From an uncultured Gammaproteobacteria bacterium (lineage in GTDB: Bacteria > Pseudomonadota > Gammaproteobacteria > CAVZZX01): a stretch of DNA of 64,000 bases. The stretch spans positions 816,957 to 880,956 of the forward strand of contig CAVZZX010000003.1 in assembly GCA_963779865.1 (NCBI GenBank), written 5' to 3'. The translations under genes and the position numbers were made by a program. Position 1 is the first letter of the stretch. Each line of letters opens with the position of its first letter. The notes beneath the pieces are model-generated. The model did not search any database. It had not been told where the DNA came from and saw nothing but the letters and a program-made list of their open reading frames with translations. Of the stretch, positions 18,278 to 26,481 are shown piece by piece.

Positions 18278-19384
18278 CTGTCTCCGCGCCTACGGATATC
18301 GACGCTGTTGTTGTGTGCCGCGCTCCAATCGGCATGCGGCGGGGGCAACGATCATGCGCCGGCGGGCGCCACGGTGGACGTGAACCATCCTCCCTCGGCG
18401 CAGGCCATCTGTACCGACACGGGCCGCGGAGAGTCGCTTCAGATCACGCTGCTTGGAAGCGACGACGAGACCCCGAGCGACGCGCTGAGCTATTCGGTGC
18501 AGCAGCCGCAGCACGGGCGAGTGGACACCACGCATACCGCACAGGTCACATACACCCCGGACAGCGACGCACCGTGGGGTCCCGATTCGTTCACCTACGT
18601 GGTGACAGACCAGGACGGCGCCACTGCCACCGCACGCGTGGATGTCATCATCCGGCCGCGCATCATGCCCCTGGGTGATTCGATCACTGACGGCAAGTAC
18701 GACCAATACGATCCGGACGGCAGCAACACGGGCGCCCGCGCCGGGTATCGCAAGCCGCTTTGGGACGCGCTCACCACCGCCGGATATCGGGTCGACTTCG
18801 TCGGCAGCACTGCCAACGGCCCCGGCGGCGGCTTCGACCGCGACGACGAGGGCCACAGTGGCATTCGCACTCAGGCATACAACGACGGCTACCTGTGGGA
18901 CGGCAGCGATCCGAAGGGCGTCGCCGAACACATCGATGGCTGGCTACGCCAGGATCCGGCCGACATCGTGCTGTTGCATATCGGCACCAACGACCTCAAC
19001 ACGCACAAGACCGCCGATCAGGTCAGCGCAGGCACCCGCCAGATCCTCCTCAATATCGACAATTGGGCCAGCAACGAGCCCTCGGTCGGCCACGCCGACG
19101 TGCTGCTCGGGCAGGTCATCGGGGCTGACCAGCCGTCCAATTTCACCAACGCCGACGTCCGGCGACTCGACTACGAGCTGCTTCCACAGCTGGCTACGGC
19201 CCATGTGAGGCTGGTCGACCAGTACGCCGCGCTGGCCCGCAGCAGCGACAACGAACCGGACCCGGCGCTCTACGCCAACACCCTGCATCCAAATCAAACC
19301 GGCTACAACGCCATGGCGGCGGCGTGGCGGGAGCAACTGTTCAGAGTGCTCGACACGCGCGGTGCCCGCTGTCCCGTCCACTGA
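18278..19384 (+). CDS. Lipoprotein 2: one Ig-like domain plus SGNH hydrolase (start uncertain: CTG 18278 or TTG 18308)
   Basis: LLLCAALQSAC-GGG lipobox, RIMPLGDSIT, LHIGTND, NTLHP; clear paralogue of its neighbours. Confidence 0.82.
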   Translation: MSPRLRISTLLLCAALQSACGGGNDHAPAGATVDVNHPPSAQAICTDTGRGESLQITLLGSDDETPSDALSYSVQQPQHGRVDTTHTAQVTYTPDSDAPWGPDSFTYVVTDQDGATATARVDVIIRPRIMPLGDSITDGKYDQYDPDGSNTGARAGYRKPLWDALTTAGYRVDFVGSTANGPGGGFDRDDEGHSGIRTQAYNDGYLWDGSDPKGVAEHIDGWLRQDPADIVLLHIGTNDLNTHKTADQVSAGTRQILLNIDNWASNEPSVGHADVLLGQVIGADQPSNFTNADVRRLDYELLPQLATAHVRLVDQYAALARSSDNEPDPALYANTLHPNQTGYNAMAAAWREQLFRVLDTRGARCPVH

Positions 19385-19421
19385 GCCCCCGAGCCCGCAG
19401 GCCCGAGATCGGCCACTCGCC

Positions 19422-19449
19422 TTGCACCACCCGCCTCCCGAACCATACT
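19422..19449 (+). promoter_or_regulatory. Shared promoter-like motif, copy 3
   Basis: TTGCAC-N16-CATACT. Confidence 0.65.
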
Positions 19450-19528
19450 TGGTGTAAGGAAAACTCCGATAACGCCGCCGCTCCCTTCCCTACCCGGGCG
19501 GAGCCGGTGGCCAACTGTCGCCGTCATC

Positions 19529-21781
19529 ATGAAAAAAAACACCCGCGCGTTCGCCCGGCCCGCCGCACTTCTGGCGCTCGCAGTGGCGCAGAGCGCCTGC
19601 GGCTGGGTGGACACCGGCGTCAACGGCAACCAGCCCCCCAACACGTCCAAGGCGCGCGACGTGTACGAAGTGGCGGAGGGGGCAACACTGAGCGTCAAGG
19701 CACCGGGCGTGCTCGCCAACGACGTGGATGGCGGCAACACGGCGCTGCGGGCGAAACTGATCACCCGGACGCAACACGGCTCCCTGAGGGTGCAGACCGA
19801 TGCGGACGGACTGTTCGACGGGGGCTTCGAATACACCAACGACGGCACCGACGGGGCGAGCGAGGACGGCTTCACTTACCAGGCGTACGACGGCATCGAC
19901 TATTCGCAGGACACGCCGGTGCGCATCGTCATCAAACCGGTGAACGACAAGCCGGTCGCCGCCGCCGACAGCGCCACCGTGCACCAGGGGGACGCGGTCG
20001 ACATCGACCTGTTGGGCAATGACGCGGATCCGGAAGGCGACCCCCTCTCGGCGGAGATCCTTACCCAGCCCACGCACGGGACACTCACCGTCCTCGCCGA
20101 CGGCAGCGTGCGCTACCAGCACGACGGCAGCGCGCCGCTCGGCGATGCCGCCACCGACAGCTTCACCTACCGGGCGACCGACGGAAAGGACGTCTCCGAG
20201 CCCGCCACGGTAACCATCAGCATCATCAACGCGCCGCCGGTCGCTGCCGACGACAGCGCCACGGTCGATCACGCCGGCACCGTGACCATCGATGTGCTGG
20301 CCAACGACAAGGACCCCGAGGGCAATCCGCTGTCCATCACCATCGTCACGCCTCCCGCGCACGGCTCCGCCGCGGTGTCCGGGCAAAGCATCGTGTACAC
20401 CCAGGACGGCAGCAACGCGACGGCCGATACGCTCACGTATACGGCCAGCGACGGCGTGACCAGCTCGAACACGGCGAGCGTCACCATCACCATCAATTCG
20501 GCGCCGCAGGCGGTGGACGACAGCTACACGGTGGCCGAAGCCGGCACTCTGGATGAGGCCGCCCCCGGCGTCCTGCAGAACGACGTCGGGCTGACCGCGC
20601 CAGTGACCTTGTCCATTGATGCCGCGCCGGCCCATGCCTCCGCCCTCGTGCTGCACAACGACGGCTCCTTCTCCTACACCCACGATGGCAGCGAAACGAG
20701 TTCCGACAGCTTCCGCTACCGGGTGCAGGACGCGGCCGGCGCCGATCTGACGGCCACGGTCCAGATCGCGATCACCCCGGTCAACGACCCGCCGATCGCC
20801 GGGAACGTGTGCACCGACGTCGGACGCGACGGCATCGGCACCATCACGCTCCCGGGCAGCGACGCGGAAACGCCGGCCGGCGCCCTGACCTATGCGGTGA
20901 CCCAGCCGCAGCACGGCCGCGTGGACACGACCAACACCGCGTCCGTCACCTACACGCCGGACGCCAACGCCCCATGGGGCGCCGACTCCTTTACATATAC
21001 GGTGACCGACGGCGATGGCGCCACGGCCACCGGCAGCGTCGACGTCATCATCCGACCGCGCATCATGCCCCTGGGCGATTCCATCACCAACGGCGAATAC
21101 GACCAATACGATCCCGACGGCAGCAGCCCGAGCGCCCGTGCCGGCTATCGCAAGCCCCTCTGGGACGCCCTCGCGCAGAACGGGTACGCCGTCGACTTCG
21201 TCGGCAGCACCGCCAACGGGCCGACCAGCGGCTTCGATCGCGACAACGAAGGCCACAGCGGGATTCGCAGCCGGGCCTACAGCGACGCCTACCTGTGGGA
21301 CGGCAGCGACCCGAATGGCGTCGCCGAACACATTAATGGCTGGCTCACGCAGAATCCCGCTGACATCGTGCTGCTGCACATCGGCACCAACGACTTCAAC
21401 ACCGGGAAGACCGCCGACCAGATCTATGCCGGGATCCAGTCGATCCTGGCCAACATCGACAACTGGGCCGCCTCCGAGGCGTCCGTCTCCCGGGTGGACG
21501 TCCTGCTCGGGCAGATCATCGGCGCCAACCAGCCCACCAGCTTCACCAACGCCCAGGTCAGAAGCCTCGACTACGACCTGCTCCCGGGGCTCTCTGGCGG
21601 TGGCGTAAGCCTGGTCGACCAATACGCCGCCCTTGCGGGCAGCGACAACGAACCGGACCCGGCGCGGTATGCCAACACGCTGCACCCGAACCAGTCCGGC
21701 TACGATGCCATGGCGTCGGCATGGCAGTCCCGGCTCAGGGGGGTGCTGGACGCGCGCGGCGCGAGTTGCCCGGGGAGCTGA
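19529..21781 (+). CDS. Lipoprotein 3: about five Ig/cadherin-like domains plus SGNH hydrolase
   Basis: AQSAC-GWVDTG, repeated VLAND/D-FTY modules, RIMPLGDSIT, LHIGTND, NTLHP. Confidence 0.88.
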   Translation: MKKNTRAFARPAALLALAVAQSACGWVDTGVNGNQPPNTSKARDVYEVAEGATLSVKAPGVLANDVDGGNTALRAKLITRTQHGSLRVQTDADGLFDGGFEYTNDGTDGASEDGFTYQAYDGIDYSQDTPVRIVIKPVNDKPVAAADSATVHQGDAVDIDLLGNDADPEGDPLSAEILTQPTHGTLTVLADGSVRYQHDGSAPLGDAATDSFTYRATDGKDVSEPATVTISIINAPPVAADDSATVDHAGTVTIDVLANDKDPEGNPLSITIVTPPAHGSAAVSGQSIVYTQDGSNATADTLTYTASDGVTSSNTASVTITINSAPQAVDDSYTVAEAGTLDEAAPGVLQNDVGLTAPVTLSIDAAPAHASALVLHNDGSFSYTHDGSETSSDSFRYRVQDAAGADLTATVQIAITPVNDPPIAGNVCTDVGRDGIGTITLPGSDAETPAGALTYAVTQPQHGRVDTTNTASVTYTPDANAPWGADSFTYTVTDGDGATATGSVDVIIRPRIMPLGDSITNGEYDQYDPDGSSPSARAGYRKPLWDALAQNGYAVDFVGSTANGPTSGFDRDNEGHSGIRSRAYSDAYLWDGSDPNGVAEHINGWLTQNPADIVLLHIGTNDFNTGKTADQIYAGIQSILANIDNWAASEASVSRVDVLLGQIIGANQPTSFTNAQVRSLDYDLLPGLSGGGVSLVDQYAALAGSDNEPDPARYANTLHPNQSGYDAMASAWQSRLRGVLDARGASCPGS

Positions 21782-21813
21782 GCGCCTGCGCTCACGGGCG
21801 GGGAGCCCGGCGG

Positions 21814-21841
21814 TTGCAAGCCGGCGCACAGCAACCATACT
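21814..21841 (+). promoter_or_regulatory. Shared promoter-like motif, copy 4
   Basis: TTGCAA-N16-CATACT. Confidence 0.65.
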
Positions 21842-21908
21842 CGGTGCAGGGAGACGGATCGAAGGCGATTCGGCAATCCACAACGACATCTCGGCAGGAC
21901 GCTGAACG

Positions 21909-24900
21909 ATGCAGCCCCGCGGAGCCTTGAGGCTCCTGCTCCTTTCGATGGCGCTGCTTGGCCTGCTCGCCGGCTGCGGGTGGGTGGATTCCGGCGTGGG
22001 GGGCAACGAGCCCCCGGTGACCAACAAGACGCAAGACGCGTACGCGGTCACGGCCGGCGGCGTCCTGCAGGTGGACGCCGCCCACGGCGTACTCGCCAAC
22101 GACTCGGACGGCGGCAACACCGGCCTCACCGCGCGCCTCGCACCGGGCGGTTCACCCCAGCATGCGGCAAAGTTCACCTTCCACGACGATGGCGCCTTCA
22201 CCTACGTGCACGACGGCAGCCACACCGCCGCAGATCAGTTCACCTACGTCGCCAACGACGGCATTGCCGACTCCCCCGTCACCAAGGTTCTGATTAGCGT
22301 TGAGCAGCCTCCCACCGGCGGCGACGATGTCTATGATCGTTCCCTCGGCCAGACGCTGCAGGTGGACGCCGCGCACGGCGTGCTCGCCAACGACAGCGAT
22401 CTGAATCAGGGCGATCACCTCTCGGCGACGCTCCTCCAGCAGGCGGAGTTCGGGACCGTGGAGCTGTCCGCGGACGGGGCCTTCACCTACCGCAGCGCCG
22501 ACAACACGCCCAGCGCCGACCGCTTCACCTACACGGTGAGCGACGGCCAGCTCACGGCCGAAGCCACGGCGCGGATCCGGATTCGCCCACAGGCGGCGGA
22601 CGACAGTGCGCAGACCCCCGACGGCCAGCCGGTCACCGTTGCCGTGTTGGCCAATGACCGGGACCCCGACGGCGCTCTGGTCGCCACAGGCGTCGCCGTC
22701 GTACAGGCCCCCTCGCACGGCTCGGCCGCGCCGCGTGACGACGGGCGCATCACCTATTCCCCGGACAAGGGTTTCACGGGGACCGACCGGTTCCAATACA
22801 CGGTGGTGGACAACGACGGCGCGACGTCGAACGCCGCCACGGTGACGGTGGCGGTGCTCGCCAACCGGCGCCCGATCGCGAACGACACCAGCATCTCGAC
22901 CGACCAGGACAGCCCGAAGTCGGGGACCGTCACCGCCTCGGACCCGAACGGCAATCCGCTGAGCTTCTCCGTGGCTTCGAACCCCGCCCACGGCAGCCTC
23001 TCCATGCAGGCCGACGGCCGGTTCACCTACACGCCGGCGCCCGGCTACTCGGGGTCGGACAGCTTCACCTTCCAGGTTTCGGACGGTCGCGGCGGCACCG
23101 CCACCGGCACCGTGAGCATCCGCATCGCGAAGGCGAATTCCCCGCCCGCGGCCGACAACCTGGATCTCACGACCGCCGAGGGCAGCTCCACGCCGGGCAC
23201 CGTCACCGCCTCGGACCCGGACGGCGATCCCCTTAGCTTCGCCGTGGCCACGGCCCCGAGCCACGGCAGCGTCTCCATGCACCCCGATGGGACTTTCGTC
23301 TATGCGCCCGCGGCGGGATATGCAGGCACCGACAGCTTCACCTTCCGTGTATCGGACGGCCGTGACGGCAGCGACACCGGCACGGTGAGTATCCGCATCG
23401 CCAGGGTCAACTCGCCGCCCCGGGCCAGCAATTCCACCCTCACCATCGAGCAGGACGCGGCCAAGAGCGGCAAGCTCAGCGCCAGCGATCCGGACGGCGA
23501 TCGCCTTAGCTTCGCCCTCGCCTCCGGCCCGGCGCACGGCAGCGCCGATGTGAACTCGAACGGGGACTTCACCTACACGCCGGCATCGGGCTACGCGGGC
23601 CCGGACGGCTTCAGCTTCTCCGTCGCCGATGGCAAGGGCGGCACGGACACCGGCACGGTGAGCATCACGGTCACCTCGTCCAATACCGCGCCGACCGCGG
23701 ACGACCTGAACATCACCACCGAACAGGACACGGCCAAGACCGGCAAGCTCAGCGCTAGCGATCCGGACGGCGATCGCCTTAGCTTCGCCCTCGCCTCCGG
23801 CCCGGCGCACGGCAGCGCCGACGTGAACTCGAACGGGGACTTCACCTACACGCCGGCATCGGGCTACGCGGGCCCGGACGGCTTCAACTTCTCCGTCGCC
23901 GATGGCAAGGGCGGCACGGACACCGGCACGGTGAGCATCACGGTCACCTCGTCCAATACCGCGCCGACCGCGGACGACCTGAACATCACCACCGAACAGG
24001 ACGCGGCCAAGACCGGCAAGCTCAGCGCCAGCGATCCGGACGGCGATCCGCTTAGCTTCGCCCTTGCCTCCGGCCCGGCGCACGGCAGCGCCGACGTGAA
24101 ATCGAACGGGGACTTCACCTACACGCCGGCATCGGGCTACGCGGGCCCCGACGGCTTCAACTTCTCCGTCGCCGACGGCAAGGGCGGCACGGACACCGGT
24201 ACGGTGAGCATCACGGTCACCTCGTCCAATACCGCGCCGACCGCGGACGACCTGAACATCACAACCGAACAGGACACGGCCAAGGGCGGCAAGCTCAACG
24301 CCAGCGATCCGGACGGCGATCCCCTTAGCTTCGCCCTCGCCTCCGGCCCGGCGCACGGCAGCGCCGACGTGAACTCGAACGGGGACTTCACCTACACGCC
24401 GGCATCGGGCTACGCGGGCCCGGACGGCTTCAGCTTCTCCGTCGCCGATGGCAAGGGCGGCACGGACACCGGCACGGTGAGCATCACGGTCACCTCGTCC
24501 AATACCGCGCCGACCGCGGACGACCTGAACATCACCACCGAACAGGACACGGCCAAGACCGGCAAGCTCAGCGCTAGCGATCCGGACGGCGATCGCCTTA
24601 GCTTCGCCCTCGCCTCCGGCCCGGCGCACGGCAGCGCCGACGTGAAATCGAACGGGGACTTCACCTACACGCCGGCATCGGGCTACGCGGGCCCGGACGG
24701 CTTCAGCTTCTCCGTCGCCGACGGCAAGGGCGGCACGGACACCGGCACGGTGAGCATCACGGTCACCTCGTCCAATACCGCGCCGACCGCGGACGACCTG
24801 AACATCACCACCGAACAGGACACGAGCGTCAGTAACACGGCAACCGGCAGCGATCCGGATGCAGACCCGCTCACCTTCTCCGCCGGTTCCAGCAGCGATA

Positions 24901-26351
24901 AGGGCGGCAACGTCTCCATGCAGTCCAACGGGGACTTCACCTACAACCCGCCCTCCGGCTATGTGGGCGATGACAGCTTCGGGTTCACTGTCGAGGACGA
25001 CCGTGGCGGCAGCGACACGGCGACCGTCTCCGTCACGGTCAATTCCGCGGTCAGCACGGAGGCGGACAGCTACACCGTCACCGCGACCGAGTATGCGGTG
25101 ACGTCGGATACGGGCGTGCTTGCCAACGACGGCAGCGCCGACAGCGGCGGTTCGACCAGCGGCGTCCAGCTGATCGGCAGCCGGTTCACCGCCGCCGCGG
25201 CCCAGCGCAACCCGAGGCTGCAGGCGGCCGTGGTGTCGCGCCCCCAGCACGGCACGCTCACTCTCGCGAGCGACGGCTCCTTCGAATATCGCCACGACGG
25301 AAGCAAGTCGCGCCACGACAGCTTTACCTATCGCGCCAGCGACGGGCGACACGAGTCGGCGGTCACCAGCGTCACGCTGGCCATCGACCTGCCGCCGGTC
25401 GCGCAGCACGGCTGCTGGGTGACGTCTCGAGACCGCCCGCTGCGCGAGCAGCTCCAGGCCCTCGTTTCGGGGCGCCCGCTGTTCTCGATCGTCATGCAGC
25501 CCGACCGCGGGAGCGTGGCCCTGCTCGACAACACCTCGGGCGACTTTCGCTATCAGCCCGGCCTGCAGGCTGACGCGGCGGCGGGCGATAGGTTCGCATT
25601 CGCGGTGGTCGACCACGCCGGCCGCTCGGACGACGGCGCGGTCGACATCATCTATGAGCCGCGCATCATGGTCCTCGGCGCCGGCCTTGCGGCCGGGCTC
25701 ACGCACGAGGCCACGCAGATGCCCGCCCAGGCCCAGCGCGGCGGATTCCGCGCGCCGCTGCAGCAGCTTCTCACTCAGCACGACTACCGCGCCGAATTCG
25801 TCGGCAGCGTGCGCGCCGGCGGCGGCCTCGAGGCGGTTGACCCCGACCACGAGGGACACATCGGCTGGAGCAACGAGGAACTCGCATGGGGACGCATCGG
25901 CTACCCGCACGACGGCGTGCGCGCCTGGCTGGATCAGGCGCGTCCGGACCTCGTGCTGCTCACCGCCGGCGACAGCGGCGCGGATACCTCGGCATCCGGC
26001 ATGCAGGCGCTCCTGAACGAGATCCGGCTGTGGGCACAGACGCCGGGCAACCACCCCGTGACACTCTTCGTCGGTACCCGGCTTGCGCCTGCGCCGCCGG
26101 AGCCGGGTGAGGAGACGGCCGCATTCAACGCGAACCTCGCCGCGATTGTCGCGGCCTACGACGATCCGGCTATCCACCTGGTTGCGCTCGACGCCGCGCT
26201 GCGCGGGCCCGAGGGCCGGCCGGACGAGGCCCTCTACGGCGATGCGCACTTCCCCGACGCGGCCGGTTATCAGCGGCTGGCCGCGGCGTGGCTGACGGCC
26301 CTGCGGGACACGCTTGATAGCGACTACCGGTGCCCCTCCGCCTCCCCCTAA
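21909..26351 (+). CDS. Lipoprotein 4: about thirteen Ig/cadherin-like (tandem-95 type) domains plus degenerate SGNH domain; adhesin-like
   Basis: LAGC-GWVDSG lipobox; ASDPDGD..LSF..P.HG..GDFTYTP repeats; C-terminal RIMVLGAG. Confidence 0.88.
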   Translation: MQPRGALRLLLLSMALLGLLAGCGWVDSGVGGNEPPVTNKTQDAYAVTAGGVLQVDAAHGVLANDSDGGNTGLTARLAPGGSPQHAAKFTFHDDGAFTYVHDGSHTAADQFTYVANDGIADSPVTKVLISVEQPPTGGDDVYDRSLGQTLQVDAAHGVLANDSDLNQGDHLSATLLQQAEFGTVELSADGAFTYRSADNTPSADRFTYTVSDGQLTAEATARIRIRPQAADDSAQTPDGQPVTVAVLANDRDPDGALVATGVAVVQAPSHGSAAPRDDGRITYSPDKGFTGTDRFQYTVVDNDGATSNAATVTVAVLANRRPIANDTSISTDQDSPKSGTVTASDPNGNPLSFSVASNPAHGSLSMQADGRFTYTPAPGYSGSDSFTFQVSDGRGGTATGTVSIRIAKANSPPAADNLDLTTAEGSSTPGTVTASDPDGDPLSFAVATAPSHGSVSMHPDGTFVYAPAAGYAGTDSFTFRVSDGRDGSDTGTVSIRIARVNSPPRASNSTLTIEQDAAKSGKLSASDPDGDRLSFALASGPAHGSADVNSNGDFTYTPASGYAGPDGFSFSVADGKGGTDTGTVSITVTSSNTAPTADDLNITTEQDTAKTGKLSASDPDGDRLSFALASGPAHGSADVNSNGDFTYTPASGYAGPDGFNFSVADGKGGTDTGTVSITVTSSNTAPTADDLNITTEQDAAKTGKLSASDPDGDPLSFALASGPAHGSADVKSNGDFTYTPASGYAGPDGFNFSVADGKGGTDTGTVSITVTSSNTAPTADDLNITTEQDTAKGGKLNASDPDGDPLSFALASGPAHGSADVNSNGDFTYTPASGYAGPDGFSFSVADGKGGTDTGTVSITVTSSNTAPTADDLNITTEQDTAKTGKLSASDPDGDRLSFALASGPAHGSADVKSNGDFTYTPASGYAGPDGFSFSVADGKGGTDTGTVSITVTSSNTAPTADDLNITTEQDTSVSNTATGSDPDADPLTFSAGSSSDKGGNVSMQSNGDFTYNPPSGYVGDDSFGFTVEDDRGGSDTATVSVTVNSAVSTEADSYTVTATEYAVTSDTGVLANDGSADSGGSTSGVQLIGSRFTAAAAQRNPRLQAAVVSRPQHGTLTLASDGSFEYRHDGSKSRHDSFTYRASDGRHESAVTSVTLAIDLPPVAQHGCWVTSRDRPLREQLQALVSGRPLFSIVMQPDRGSVALLDNTSGDFRYQPGLQADAAAGDRFAFAVVDHAGRSDDGAVDIIYEPRIMVLGAGLAAGLTHEATQMPAQAQRGGFRAPLQQLLTQHDYRAEFVGSVRAGGGLEAVDPDHEGHIGWSNEELAWGRIGYPHDGVRAWLDQARPDLVLLTAGDSGADTSASGMQALLNEIRLWAQTPGNHPVTLFVGTRLAPAPPEPGEETAAFNANLAAIVAAYDDPAIHLVALDAALRGPEGRPDEALYGDAHFPDAAGYQRLAAAWLTALRDTLDSDYRCPSASP
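23448..24824 (+). repeat. Intragenic tandem repeat, 273 bp (91 aa) x5, near-identical
   Basis: GCGCCGACCGCGGACGACCTGAACATC recurs at 23688, 23961, 24234, 24507 and 24780. Confidence 0.95.
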
Positions 26352-26365
26352 GGGATTGCCCGCAG

Positions 26366-26393
26366 TTGTCAGGCCGGGCGAAACATCCATACT
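26366..26393 (+). promoter_or_regulatory. Shared promoter-like motif, copy 5
   Basis: TTGTCA-N16-CATACT. Confidence 0.65.
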
Positions 26394-26481
26394 TCGTGGA
26401 GAAAACGATAAAGGCGCGCCGGGAAGGCCGCGCCGCTGAGTCCCGGTCACCCCGACCGACTACAGCAAGACTGAGAGCAGG

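Noticed and set aside
22152..26450. 1432-aa antisense ORF, and similar long shadows at 19490-22201, 44128-47451, 48534-51092 and 56822-59113
   Set aside because: They mirror well-supported genes on the opposite strand, which is expected from high-GC codon bias, and show no recognisable motifs.
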